This document shows, piece by piece, positions 9,609 through 19,915 of a DNA stretch of 64,000 nucleotides. Numbering within the stretch: the first letter of the stretch is position 1; the number at the start of each line of letters is the position of its first letter. The notes below the pieces were generated by a model, which saw only the letters and a program-made list of their open reading frames with translations, searched no databases and was not told the DNA's origin. The translations under genes and the position numbers were made by a program. The DNA lies in contig CAVUGN010000002.1 of assembly GCA_963741095.1 (NCBI GenBank), positions 192,001 to 256,000 on the forward strand. The letters run 5' to 3'. This DNA comes from an uncultured Candidatus Micrarchaeota archaeon (GTDB lineage: Archaea; Micrarchaeota; Micrarchaeia; Micrarchaeales; Micrarchaeaceae).

Positions 9609-12600
9609 ATGAAGAACCTTTTGCGCATTTCGTTCTTTCTGCTGCTATCGCTGCTGGCCCTGTCATCGGTTTCAAAGATTTCCGTGGCTGCACCGGGAAT
9701 AATGGTGCCCTACTACATAGACCTGTCAAATTCGGCATCGCTCAATGAGCTTATCTCGGCGCACACCAGCAATCCCTCCGTGCCCATGATAGTCATAGTC
9801 AATCTGGGCAATCCTGGCGGCCCAGGCACCTCATCAAGCCCAACATCCCTTTCGGCAATACAGCAGATGCAGAATTCCGGCATAACGGTCGTGGGGTACG
9901 TTGACACGGACTACGGCGCGATATCCCAAAGCACGGAAGAGACCGAGATGCAGGAATGGAAAAGCTGGTACGGCGTGACCGGCATATTCTTCGATGAGAT
10001 GGCTGCCAGCTCGGGCTATGAAACATATTACACCACGCTGACGTCATACGCAAAATCCACACTTGGAATGTCCCTTACGATAGGAAACCCCGGCGGACCC
10101 ACACAGTCGAGCTACGTTCATACGGTCGACATCATAACAATATACGAATCTCCAGGCATGCCGAGCACCGGCAGTCTCAACACCTTCGGCGATCCCGCCA
10201 GCAACTTTGCACTCATCGCCTACGGCGTCCCTTCAGCGCCTTCCGCTTCAACACTCAGCAGCTACTCACCGTACGTTAGCTACCTGTATGTCACAGATGC
10301 GAGCGGCGGCAATCCCTACGACGTACTGCCCTCATATTTTTCATCAGAAGTTGCGGCGCTCAACACTGGCGGCGCCACCACCACGTCCACATCCTCTAGT
10401 TCATCATCCTCAACAATCGCGACCAATCCCTGCACCACATGCGAGGACAACTGCCTGGCTGGCTGCGGCAGCGACATCGGCTGCGCCACCAACTGCGGCG
10501 GAGGCGCCGGCGAAACGTGCTATGCTGCTTGCAGCAGCGGCACCACCGCTCCCACAACCACGATTCCAACCGATCCATGCACCGCCTGCGAAGACAATTG
10601 CCTGTCGGGCTGCGGCAGCAACATCGGTTGCGCTACAAACTGCGGCGGCGGCCCGGGCGAGACGTGTTATAATGCCTGCGGCACCACAACCGTGCCCACA
10701 ACCACTATTCCAACCGATTCATGCACCGCCTGCGAGGACAACTGCCTTGCGGACTGCGGCAGCGACCTTGGTTGTGCTGCGAGTTGCGGTGGCAGCTTCG
10801 GCGAGACGTGCTATGTCGCCTGTGGCAGCACTGTAACTTCGATCCCTACAACAACCATTCCCCAGGGCCAGTCTGGAACATGCGTCGGCGGCGATCCTAC
10901 CAGCCCCTGCACCTTCCTCGACGCTGTGGAATCATCCACCACCTACGATGGGGCTGGAGGGGGAACGATAGTGCAATTGCCTCCAAACACAAATCCGAGC
11001 CCGTTGCCGATAATAAGCGAGGTCCTGCAGCAGAACGCGCAGGACGCCCAATTCCTCCTGACCTGCCCCAACAACCCAGATGCTTCGCAGACGTTGGAGT
11101 ACCTCACCTCGGATCTGCCCGGCCAGACGTCCTACATAATGGGCGACAAATGCCTCGCCGAAAGCGCGCCGCTTCAGACATCGGTCGCGCGGCAGATAGT
11201 GGTCTCATGGTCCGGCTATGTGCCCGCGAGCTCGACCGCATCGGTCGCGTTTGACAATCTCGCCATCGGGGCGGTGAGCAATCTGGCCTATTCCGGCGGC
11301 TCCGATACGAACGGGAACAGAAACTACAATCTATCAAACGGTTATGACTCTGCTTCGTACATATCCGGCCAGGTGCCAGCCAGCCCGCAGTACGGCATCT
11401 GGACATGGAATGCGGAGTACGCCAACTTAGCGGCTGTAAATGCGGGCCTGTCTGCTCTCCAGACTCCGGACGCACTGACGAACCTTCAGATACTCGACAT
11501 CAACCAGCACCAGTTCTCCGGAAATCCGTTGTACTGCAAGAGCACGCTCGAATACACCTCTCCATGCGGCGCAACGACCACAAGCACATCAAGCATCGGC
11601 TCCACCACGACGACCTCCTCCACCTATGGTCCCTGCGGTGAATACAGCGTATCCTACATAGATCCCACCACGGGGGAGATAACCTGCGTGAGCGGCCATA
11701 CTACCGCTCCGTTGCCGGTGAGGCAGTACCAACCGGTCAACTCTGTCGCGCCAGCTTCGGTCAACGCCTCGAACCTCCACACACCGAAAACAATGGCTAA
11801 CGTGGGCGACGATTCTGGCGGTGGGGATTGTGTCAGTGATGCCGTTCCAGATTGCGGTGGGAATCCATACTACGTGCGCAGTCTGGTCCCGACAAACTAC
11901 TACTGGAGTTGCAGCTATCTTTACAACTATCAGGTGAACGCGGAGGTCAGCAACCTCGGCAACACCCAGATACCTGTGCCGGTGCAGACCGCCACGCTGC
12001 CGCAAAAGCCCTACCTGCTCATGAACAACTTCCCCTACGGCGGTTTCGTCGAACAAAGTCTGCCAGGCTCTTGCTCGGATCTGGATCTCTTCCACGGAAC
12101 TCCCTGCGACGACTGGACCAAAATATCGAGCTCGGCCACCCTTTATCTGGCGAACGGCAAAAAGTACGGGGTGAACGTCTATGTCGATCCCGCGGATCCA
12201 AGCAACTACTGGACAGTCTATTCGACCAGCTGGTTCGGCTATATCGGCTTCAGCCTCCATACCGGGTTCGTCCCGATCACAAGCCTGACGTACAAATCCG
12301 TGGGTGCGCTGCCCTACCTGCTGTACAACATATCCATGCCCGCGGAAATCGGTGCAATCAACAACAGAGAGGAATACCTCAATCTGTCGTACGACATCTA
12401 CAGCCCGCACAACTATCTCGACCCGGCAAATTACCTAGAACCGTTGCCATTGTCGACGGATTCCGGCTTATTTGCGGCGTACAAGAGTGGCAGTGCAACC
12501 GATCTTGGCATCTTCCCGTCAAACATGCTATCGCTCTCGAATCCGTACGTGGCGGGCCTGGACGAGGCTGTGACCAGCTTCCTGAGCTCGATTATCAACC

Positions 12601-15600
12601 TGCCTGCCGGCCTTTCGTCCTTGGCCATCTTCGGCTCAAATGTCAGGGTGGGCAACTATTACACCGGCGTACTGGCAAACCCGATATACCTGTCGGCGGC
12701 GCCGAACGATTACATATACGCGCTGACGTCCGCAGAGCCCTGCACGTTCTGGATACTCGGCTGCAACCAGCACATATACCTCTACACCATGCGCTTCATA
12801 CCCGCGGGCGACCTTAACCTGACGAACAACCAGCCGAACGCGCTAGGCCCCATAACCTGCGCAGATTCCTCGACCTGCCCCGATGCCTGGAATGCCCTGT
12901 GGACCAGTTCATCCGGCTACTGGGCAAACTCGCTCCGCGAGCAGTCGCAGAACCTCTACGTGACGAACGTTTACCCGATCAGCTCCACCGGCTCATCGTT
13001 CTGGGCGAGCGGCAACTGGCAGCATGATGCCGCAAACAACAATCCATCCATAGCGCCGACGGCGGTCACGACCGATTATGACGATGACCTGTTCATGCTC
13101 GGCTGCGACAACGGCAGCTGCAGCAACTTCAAGTTCGCGGAAATGATTCCGGGCGCCGGAGGAGGCAATTACATATACGATGCCGGCCAAACGCCGGCCG
13201 GTTTCAAGGCCACCGGCGAGCTCGCCGCAGACCCGGACGGGCAGTACGTGTACGTCGCCGGCGAGAACTACGGCAACGTCCTAGTGTACGGCACGCCACC
13301 GAATTCAAACTTCATCTATCTGTCGAGCGTGCCGCTGTCGTTTTCAAATCCAGCCTACAATTTCAACGTGGTGTCCTATCTAGCCAGCGGCGGCCCGTTC
13401 GGCAACGCGCTCATCGCCAGCGCCTACTCCAACATTGCCGGGGTCAACGACGTCTCGTCAAACCACCACCCCCTGGCCATAAGCGAGTATGACGGTTTCC
13501 TGTACGTCCTTGACAATTGGACATTCAAAGTGCCAGTAAACGTGAACGGCGCACTGGAGGAGATGAGCTCTGCGATACTGCTAGTGAGAGCCTTCACCGA
13601 AAACGGCATGGAGGTGCCGATAGACGGATCATCAATGAATTATCTGGTTCCGGCATTCGGGGGCGCGGTAAGCACCACGACCGGCGTATCTGTGCCACAG
13701 GGAGGTTGGGCTCCGTACGGATGGCCTATCTCCGCGAACATAATGGTCACTCCCTTTGCGCCCGATGGCGGCGCCGTACCGACCCACATATCCTACTGCG
13801 CGGCAGGCTGCACCTACTCGCCGAACACGATAAGCACGGGCTATCCGCCGATAGGTCCTGCCATAAGCGAGGATGGGCGCATCGCGGAGTCCGGCAAAAA
13901 TGCGGACCTCGGCTTTTCCACGGACTTCAACGGCACTTCATACATGATAGCGCACGACTACAACTGGGTTGACGGCGTTCCAGGCGTCTCGACCTGCTCT
14001 TCCTGTTCGTCGTCGTACACCGAATTGCTGTCGTTCAAACTCAACCTGCTCAACTACACGACGCTGTCGTACGGGGCCAATTCGCCATACACCTGCTACA
14101 TCGGCGGCAACACCGTCGTGTATCCTAGCACGCCATGCACCTACGACACCACCAGCAACATAGTGGACATATACGCGCCCATACTCGGCGTGCCCAGCTC
14201 ATTCGACTATGTCGAGAGCGAGGGGTCGCCGCAGCAGTTCACTTCGATCACCGGCCTGCTCACTTCAAGCGTGCCCGGCGGCGTCGACACCAGCCAGTAT
14301 AGCGGCAAGGCCACGCAGCAGCCCATCACCGCTTCCTGCGTCGACGGCACCACCGGCGAGAGCACAGGCACGCCCCTATGCGCCAGGAGCAGCGAAACTC
14401 CGGCCTGCGCCAGCTCCACAACCCTGTCCTGCACCTCTGGCGGAACGCCCACCTGCCCCTCCGGGGCTCCAACCTGCACCGATGTGACCACCAACATATT
14501 CTGCTCGAACGGGGACCAGGGCGCGGTTCCGACCTGCGCCGATTTAAGCAACCCCACCTGCGTTTCAACCGGCGGATCCACCAACAAGCCGGAATGCGCG
14601 GACAAAAGCGCGCCACTCTGCACCCCGACTGATCCCAACCAGCCCCTGGGGACTGCGGAGTGCAGCACCCAGGTGCAGCCCCTTTGCCCCGACGGCACCA
14701 CCCTTCCATCGTGCAACACGGAAACTGATCCGTCCAACGCGCCGCAGTGCAACACCGGCCTGCAGGTCCAGTGCCCATCCGGCCTGAGCGCGACGCCATG
14801 CGCTTCGCCTGGCAGCGCGCCGACCTGCCTGTCCCTCAACACCCTGCCCCCTCCGCCCGGCGGCACCGGCGTCTCCGCGATCATGAACACCTATGTCAAC
14901 AGCGTGATAACCGGCTACCTTCTAGTGCCTTACCACTACACCTACCAGATGTGGCAGCAGTGGTCCCCAGATCCGATTCCAACAGGGTCCGTGTACTCCT
15001 CGTACAGCTTCAACCCGGGCGATGACGTGATGGTAAACGGTGCCCTTCCGGGAGACGATTTCTCTGGCACGCTGTGCCCACCGTTCACGCTCCCGCCCCC
15101 TGTGCCCGCACCCAACGCAGGGGTAGCGACCCTGACTGATCAAGCCAATACCATCTACACGATGAACCAGGTCAACATGCAGAGCAACTACCTGCAGGAC
15201 GACATACAGGGTGGGGACACCTACCTGCAACTTGGTGAGCTCTCGCAGATCAACCAGGCCTATTACACCTCAAATCTTTCCGATGCTGGGACGGTCACGT
15301 ATCCGGACCTAAGCTACAACATATTCACCAACAGGTGGTACGGGGAGATGTTCGTAAACCAGACCATCGGCCCACAGAATTTTGTGCCGGTGGTGCTTGC
15401 CGGCGCACAGGTCATGAACGCGGTGCAGACCGACAACTACTGGCTTGAAGACTACGTGCAGCAGGAAGCAAACGGCCAGACCTTCCCTGCCTATGCGGCC
15501 CAGGATGTCCTGCCTTTGGCAAGCCCGAAAATAGGCGCGGACTGCGGAGGCACGGGATGCCCGGCTAACTACTACTACGATCCCCTGCTTTCTCCCCTGT

Positions 15601-16811
15601 CCAGCGCGCTCACCTACGCAAATTCGATGCAGCCCAGCATCATACCAGTCTTCCAGCTCTTCGCCCAGTCGTCGTACCTCTACGGCCTCGACCTCGACCT
15701 GAGCCTGAATCCGAACATCTACGGCTACAACCGGCTCGTCTACACCTTTGTCGACAGCTTCAACAACATCATAACCGCGCCGCTCGACGCAGACCTCGCC
15801 AACATAGCCACAGTCACCGCCTCGGTGCAGACGACGACCAATCCGCTCAACGCGAACGAGACCAACGTCATAGTCTCGGGCACCGCGATGTACACGCTGC
15901 CCTCCGGGATGCAGCCCCTGCCTGCCGGTTCGCCGATATACCTCTACTACGACACCAACATCAACTTTTACAACAGCATAGTCAGCCCAGCAGACTCCGA
16001 TCCGACGAACTACTACCAGTATTCGCTCCAGTGCGCCTTCTCCACAAGCCTACAGGCCTGCCAGTTAGCCAATCCGCTATCGACATTGACGCAGCCTGCC
16101 GGCGCCACAAACCCGAAGACCTTCGGCCCAATCGAAGCCAACGTGATCACCTTCCAGACCCAGTACGATTACAACGCAGTCGACTACCGGGCGGGCAACC
16201 CGCTGGCCGGCACCACTGTGCCCCAATGCGCTGCGACGCCAAGCAGCCTCCTGGACCTGCCGGCCTGCCTGCTGAACAGGGCCAAATGCGAGTGCAACAT
16301 CAACGGCGACTACGGCCTGGATCCGATACGGTCCGACCCCTACAATGCCAAACTTGACGAGTACTGCGAGCCAGTGTACGACGACGGCAACGGCATCTTC
16401 ACCTCGCAGATAGGGCTTGTCGCGATCGCCAACACGCTGCCTGACGGCACGTTCAACGCCGTCTTCGACACCTGCGGCTCCGGCACGCCCTCGATAGTTG
16501 CACAGTACTACGGCTACCCGCCGCCAGAGCCGCTGCCTGTCTTCCAGCCCTCGCTGCCCTACTCGGCCAACGCCTTCCTCTTCGAAGTGCCGCCCTCCGG
16601 CTTCGTGACCTCGAACGAATTCAACTACGCGTACTCTCCTGCCTCGCAGTCGGCATCCTTCAACATAGGCAGCTACGCCCTGCCGTTCGGCGACGTGGAC
16701 CCGGCAGCGCTCATGCTTGCAGCGTTGGCGCTGCTGATCATATCCTACGCAAAGCGCGCCACGCAAAAACCCTCCGGAAAGGCGCAAACGGACGATGTGA
16801 ACAAGGATTAA
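9609..16811 (+). CDS. Giant (2400 aa) secreted, C-terminally membrane-anchored surface protein with an N-terminal spherulin-4/GH135-like domain and Cys-rich repeats
   Basis: N-terminal signal peptide; VP.Y, IVN..GPG, GYV.T.YG, GIFFDE, IGNPG, IITIYE motifs; Ser/Thr linkers; C-terminal TM segment plus basic tail. Confidence 0.8.
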   Translation: MKNLLRISFFLLLSLLALSSVSKISVAAPGIMVPYYIDLSNSASLNELISAHTSNPSVPMIVIVNLGNPGGPGTSSSPTSLSAIQQMQNSGITVVGYVDTDYGAISQSTEETEMQEWKSWYGVTGIFFDEMAASSGYETYYTTLTSYAKSTLGMSLTIGNPGGPTQSSYVHTVDIITIYESPGMPSTGSLNTFGDPASNFALIAYGVPSAPSASTLSSYSPYVSYLYVTDASGGNPYDVLPSYFSSEVAALNTGGATTTSTSSSSSSSTIATNPCTTCEDNCLAGCGSDIGCATNCGGGAGETCYAACSSGTTAPTTTIPTDPCTACEDNCLSGCGSNIGCATNCGGGPGETCYNACGTTTVPTTTIPTDSCTACEDNCLADCGSDLGCAASCGGSFGETCYVACGSTVTSIPTTTIPQGQSGTCVGGDPTSPCTFLDAVESSTTYDGAGGGTIVQLPPNTNPSPLPIISEVLQQNAQDAQFLLTCPNNPDASQTLEYLTSDLPGQTSYIMGDKCLAESAPLQTSVARQIVVSWSGYVPASSTASVAFDNLAIGAVSNLAYSGGSDTNGNRNYNLSNGYDSASYISGQVPASPQYGIWTWNAEYANLAAVNAGLSALQTPDALTNLQILDINQHQFSGNPLYCKSTLEYTSPCGATTTSTSSIGSTTTTSSTYGPCGEYSVSYIDPTTGEITCVSGHTTAPLPVRQYQPVNSVAPASVNASNLHTPKTMANVGDDSGGGDCVSDAVPDCGGNPYYVRSLVPTNYYWSCSYLYNYQVNAEVSNLGNTQIPVPVQTATLPQKPYLLMNNFPYGGFVEQSLPGSCSDLDLFHGTPCDDWTKISSSATLYLANGKKYGVNVYVDPADPSNYWTVYSTSWFGYIGFSLHTGFVPITSLTYKSVGALPYLLYNISMPAEIGAINNREEYLNLSYDIYSPHNYLDPANYLEPLPLSTDSGLFAAYKSGSATDLGIFPSNMLSLSNPYVAGLDEAVTSFLSSIINLPAGLSSLAIFGSNVRVGNYYTGVLANPIYLSAAPNDYIYALTSAEPCTFWILGCNQHIYLYTMRFIPAGDLNLTNNQPNALGPITCADSSTCPDAWNALWTSSSGYWANSLREQSQNLYVTNVYPISSTGSSFWASGNWQHDAANNNPSIAPTAVTTDYDDDLFMLGCDNGSCSNFKFAEMIPGAGGGNYIYDAGQTPAGFKATGELAADPDGQYVYVAGENYGNVLVYGTPPNSNFIYLSSVPLSFSNPAYNFNVVSYLASGGPFGNALIASAYSNIAGVNDVSSNHHPLAISEYDGFLYVLDNWTFKVPVNVNGALEEMSSAILLVRAFTENGMEVPIDGSSMNYLVPAFGGAVSTTTGVSVPQGGWAPYGWPISANIMVTPFAPDGGAVPTHISYCAAGCTYSPNTISTGYPPIGPAISEDGRIAESGKNADLGFSTDFNGTSYMIAHDYNWVDGVPGVSTCSSCSSSYTELLSFKLNLLNYTTLSYGANSPYTCYIGGNTVVYPSTPCTYDTTSNIVDIYAPILGVPSSFDYVESEGSPQQFTSITGLLTSSVPGGVDTSQYSGKATQQPITASCVDGTTGESTGTPLCARSSETPACASSTTLSCTSGGTPTCPSGAPTCTDVTTNIFCSNGDQGAVPTCADLSNPTCVSTGGSTNKPECADKSAPLCTPTDPNQPLGTAECSTQVQPLCPDGTTLPSCNTETDPSNAPQCNTGLQVQCPSGLSATPCASPGSAPTCLSLNTLPPPPGGTGVSAIMNTYVNSVITGYLLVPYHYTYQMWQQWSPDPIPTGSVYSSYSFNPGDDVMVNGALPGDDFSGTLCPPFTLPPPVPAPNAGVATLTDQANTIYTMNQVNMQSNYLQDDIQGGDTYLQLGELSQINQAYYTSNLSDAGTVTYPDLSYNIFTNRWYGEMFVNQTIGPQNFVPVVLAGAQVMNAVQTDNYWLEDYVQQEANGQTFPAYAAQDVLPLASPKIGADCGGTGCPANYYYDPLLSPLSSALTYANSMQPSIIPVFQLFAQSSYLYGLDLDLSLNPNIYGYNRLVYTFVDSFNNIITAPLDADLANIATVTASVQTTTNPLNANETNVIVSGTAMYTLPSGMQPLPAGSPIYLYYDTNINFYNSIVSPADSDPTNYYQYSLQCAFSTSLQACQLANPLSTLTQPAGATNPKTFGPIEANVITFQTQYDYNAVDYRAGNPLAGTTVPQCAATPSSLLDLPACLLNRAKCECNINGDYGLDPIRSDPYNAKLDEYCEPVYDDGNGIFTSQIGLVAIANTLPDGTFNAVFDTCGSGTPSIVAQYYGYPPPEPLPVFQPSLPYSANAFLFEVPPSGFVTSNEFNYAYSPASQSASFNIGSYALPFGDVDPAALMLAALALLIISYAKRATQKPSGKAQTDDVNKD
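10422..10863 (+). repeat. Three in-frame tandem repeats of about 145-150 bp encoding 8-Cys modules (CTxCEDNCLxxCGSxxGCAxxCGGxxGETCYxAC plus PTTTIP linker)
   Basis: Visible directly in both DNA and protein. Confidence 0.9.
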
Positions 16812-16816
16812 ATGCG

Positions 16817-17362
16817 CTACACGCGCCTCAAGAACTCTTCAAGAATCACATTGAGGCTGTCCTTCGCATGGCGGATCGGATCGGGCATCGAGTTCTGCAC
16901 CAGCCAGTACTCATCGCAGAAAGCCGGCAGGCGGTTGTTCATGCGGGAATTCAGGGCCTCCTTGCTGATCGTCGAGGCGATTATGAGGTAAAAGCCATCG
17001 CCGTACCTGAGCCTGAACCTGTGGTATTTGTCCACGGCGATGTGTATCTCATCATCGGTGAGCGTGGACATGGAGTGCGGCTCTATGATCACGCGTTTGC
17101 CATCGACCCTCAACTCGGTCACGAAATCCGGTACGTAATGGTCAACCTCATGCAGGACATTCAGGTGCATGATGAACGGCTCATAATAAGTCTTTATTCT
17201 GTGCTGCCGCAGACAATCCATGAATGCATATTCGTAGCCGGTGGTAACGCTGGTCTTTGCGGATATCGGCGTGATAAATCCCATATCGAGCAGCGTTTTC
17301 GCTTCGTCCGTGCTTAGAATATGCGTTCTTGCGTGATGCACCGCTTCGTGGCACTTCGTCAT
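16817..17362 (-). CDS. Putative PD-(D/E)XK-fold nuclease
   Basis: YYEP...YVPDF...VIIEPH; real start probably ATG at 17362, since the longer ORF overlaps aIF5A. Confidence 0.55.
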   Translation of the reverse strand: MTKCHEAVHHARTHILSTDEAKTLLDMGFITPISAKTSVTTGYEYAFMDCLRQHRIKTYYEPFIMHLNVLHEVDHYVPDFVTELRVDGKRVIIEPHSMSTLTDDEIHIAVDKYHRFRLRYGDGFYLIIASTISKEALNSRMNNRLPAFCDEYWLVQNSMPDPIRHAKDSLNVILEEFLRRV

Positions 17363-17545
17363 GCGAATACCTTTTTCATCCGATAAGCCATCAATTAAAA
17401 TAATACTTATACCTGCCTGATCCGTGGAATACGGCGCATTTCCGGCAGTTTGCGTCCTGCACCGCAACCGCTGCGCCCATGCCGAGAAGGTGTAAGCTAT
17501 ATATACTTTCTTTAACAATTTAATCCAATTTCTCTGGTTGTTCAA

Positions 17546-17947
17546 ATGGCTGACGATATAACCCCAGTGCCAATGAAGGACATGCGCGTTGGCAGGTTCC
17601 TGATGATAGACGGCATAGCGTGCAGGGTCGTGGACATAGACATAAGCTCGCCGGGCAAGCACGGATCCGCGAAGATGAGGATAACCGGCATAGGCATCTT
17701 CGACGGGCAGAAGAAGACACTTCTGACGCCCAGCCACTCTGACGGCGAGGCGCCGGTCATAAAGAAGACCAAGGCACAGGTCGTCTCGGTCGGCGAGAAA
17801 ACGGCGCAGCTCATGGATTCGGAGAGCTTCGAGATATACGAGCTGCCGATCATAGAGGAATTGGCGGGCAAGCTGCATCCGGGCAACGAGGTGGAAGTGA
17901 TAGAGGCGACGGGCAGGAGGGCAATGGCAAGGATACTAGGGGGTTAA
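17546..17947 (+). CDS. eif5a: Translation factor aIF-5A
   Basis: Hypusine loop SSPGKHGSAK. Confidence 0.95.
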   Translation: MADDITPVPMKDMRVGRFLMIDGIACRVVDIDISSPGKHGSAKMRITGIGIFDGQKKTLLTPSHSDGEAPVIKKTKAQVVSVGEKTAQLMDSESFEIYELPIIEELAGKLHPGNEVEVIEATGRRAMARILGG

Positions 17948-17948
17948 C

Positions 17949-18293
17949 ATGGAATTGAGCATAACATCAAACAAGGAGAACAAGCTGTTGGGAAGAAGAG
18001 AGATCGAGTTCAACGTGGTTCAGGAGAGCAGCACCCCATCAAAGAACGAGATAAAGGCGGAGCTGTGCAAGAAGCTCAACCTGGATCCCGATTCCGTGAT
18101 AGTGGTCAAGATGGACCAGAGCACCGGAGTCAAGCAGGGCCGCGGTGTCGCGCACGCTTATCCTTCGAAGGAGATGGTCGAGAAGTTCGAGCCCGCTTAT
18201 CTTGTAAACAGGATGAAGGGCATAAAGGGCGCCAAGGTCGCAAAGGAGAAGAAGGGACCGACCGCGAAGAAGGAGGCTCCGGCTGAGAAGTGA
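17949..18293 (+). CDS. rps24e: 30S ribosomal protein S24e
   Basis: KENKLLGRREI.F, TPSK, G.AHAY, EP.Y. Confidence 0.9.
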   Translation: MELSITSNKENKLLGRREIEFNVVQESSTPSKNEIKAELCKKLNLDPDSVIVVKMDQSTGVKQGRGVAHAYPSKEMVEKFEPAYLVNRMKGIKGAKVAKEKKGPTAKKEAPAEK

Positions 18294-18298
18294 TTCGA

Positions 18299-18448
18299 AT
18301 GGCCGACAAAAAAGACGCGAAGAAAGCCAAAGCCTACAAGGCTGGCAAGATGTGCCCGAAGTGCAACTCAAGGATGGCCGAGCATTCCGACCGCTACACG
18401 TGCGGCAGGTGCAGCTACACTGAGTTCAAGCATGTTGCAAAGCAATGA
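18299..18448 (+). CDS. rps27ae: 30S ribosomal protein S27ae (not in the ORF track)
   Basis: Manual translation MADKKDAKKAKAYKAGKMCPKCNSRMAEHSDRYTCGRCSYTEFKHVAKQ; conserved position after S24e. Confidence 0.92.
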   Translation: MADKKDAKKAKAYKAGKMCPKCNSRMAEHSDRYTCGRCSYTEFKHVAKQ

Positions 18449-19139
18449 TGTAGTGGCATCCAAACGAAAGAGCAAGGCGAAGAGCAAGGGCAGCAGCAAA
18501 CTCGTCAGGTACGCATTCTATTCGATAACAGTATTCATTGCGATTGTGGGGTGGTTCGTGCTCGGGGAACTCTACCTGCACGGGCTGATCACCCAGACCG
18601 CCTTCACCGCCGACGCTTCCATAGAGCTGTCCCTGTTCTTCCCGTTCATAGTGTTCTCGTACCTGCTGGCGAAGAAAAACAAGCTAAAGAACATAGTCAA
18701 CGATCTCGGCCTTTCAAGGAAGAGCCTGACGCTCAAGAACATCCTTATCGGCATATTTCTCTTTGGCCTCATACTGCTTTCGGAGTTCCTCATAGGCCTG
18801 TTCACCACGGTGACTGGAATACAGCTGCCGACCAACGTGAGCGCGGTGCTGGCCGGCATGCCCATCTATTTCCTGGTCTTCACTTTCCTCATAGCGCCGA
18901 TAGACGAAGAGATACTGTTCAGGGGTTTCCTCGTGCCGCGTCTGGGCATAGTCGAGAGCGCCCTGCTGTTCGCGCTGCCGCACCTGCTCACATACGCCTC
19001 CTGGTCCGAGTTCGTAGCGGCCTTCGTGTTCGGCATCCTTGCGGGCTACTTCTTCAAGAAGCAAAAGTCGCTGTACATAACCATCCTCGCCCATCTGCTT
19101 GTCAATTTCCTGACTATAGCGGCGATGATGCTGCTGTGA
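18432..19139 (+). CDS. CPBP (Abi / CAAX type II) intramembrane metalloprotease
   Basis: EEILFRG, FALPH, AHLLVN; start may be GTG at 18453. Confidence 0.9.
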   Translation: MLQSNDVVASKRKSKAKSKGSSKLVRYAFYSITVFIAIVGWFVLGELYLHGLITQTAFTADASIELSLFFPFIVFSYLLAKKNKLKNIVNDLGLSRKSLTLKNILIGIFLFGLILLSEFLIGLFTTVTGIQLPTNVSAVLAGMPIYFLVFTFLIAPIDEEILFRGFLVPRLGIVESALLFALPHLLTYASWSEFVAAFVFGILAGYFFKKQKSLYITILAHLLVNFLTIAAMMLL

Positions 19140-19843
19140 TGGCCGTGGCCCTTATAGACGTAGCCCTGATGGAGCCCAAGTACCAGGTCAACCTCGGCTA
19201 CATCGCAAGAGTAATGAAGAACTTCGGGGTGGAGAGGCTGTACCTGATAAACCCGAGGTGCAACTACAAGGGCAAGGAGGCCATAAAATATTCGAAGCAC
19301 GCCCACTCGCTGCTCGAGCATGCCAGGCTGCCGAAGAGCATAGCCGAGGCGACGAAGGGCGCGTTTGTCATCGGGACGACCGGCCTATGGAGCAAGACGG
19401 ACAAGTCCTTCCACAACGTCTACAGCCTGCAGAACTCCGGACGCCTGCTAAGGAACGCGGGCCGCAGAAAGAAGGTGGTGCTGCTGATAGGCAGGGACGA
19501 CACCGGATTGAGCAAGAACGAGCTGCGGGAGTGCGACGCTACGATATTCATCGGAGCCAGCAGGGACTACCCGGTTCTGAACATCTCGCACGCGCTGGCG
19601 ATAATGCTCTACGAGCTGACCAGAATGAGCTACGGCAAGGAGTACGAATTCATGGACTCGCTCTACGCGGATGCCAAGCGCCAGAGGATGGTCCTCCTGC
19701 TCTTCAAAAGGATGATAAAAGGCAACAAATCGATAAGGGACAAGGAATCCGTGGCGATGGCGTTCAAGCACGTCCTCAGCAGATCCGCTCCGACGAGGAA
19801 GGAGGCGAATGCGATCTCGATAGCGCTTGCGGGGGCGCGCTAA
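19139..19843 (+). CDS. trmJ: SPOUT RNA methyltransferase, TrmJ family
   Basis: EPKYQVNLGYIARVMKNFG, LLIGRDD.GL..EL, YPVLNISHA; ATG overlaps the upstream TGA. Confidence 0.85.
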   Translation: MAVALIDVALMEPKYQVNLGYIARVMKNFGVERLYLINPRCNYKGKEAIKYSKHAHSLLEHARLPKSIAEATKGAFVIGTTGLWSKTDKSFHNVYSLQNSGRLLRNAGRRKKVVLLIGRDDTGLSKNELRECDATIFIGASRDYPVLNISHALAIMLYELTRMSYGKEYEFMDSLYADAKRQRMVLLLFKRMIKGNKSIRDKESVAMAFKHVLSRSAPTRKEANAISIALAGAR

Positions 19844-19915
19844 CGGCGTGCAGCGAAAGCGCCGACTAGGAAAACAAAAAAGGAAAAGAACCAAGGAATG
19901 GATGAAGCAGGCGCT

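Noticed and set aside
10422-10863. Tandem repeats as a CRISPR array
   Set aside because: Units are about 147 bp, in frame and degenerate at synonymous sites; there are no unique spacers or cas genes
17363-17878. N-terminal extension of the 353-aa minus-strand ORF
   Set aside because: It is an antisense shadow of aIF5A plus intergenic DNA; the RBS supports a start at 17362
18551-19138. 430-aa ORF suggesting a TrmJ fusion
   Set aside because: The N-terminal part is an alternative frame of the CPBP protease gene; TrmJ starts at the ATG at 19139
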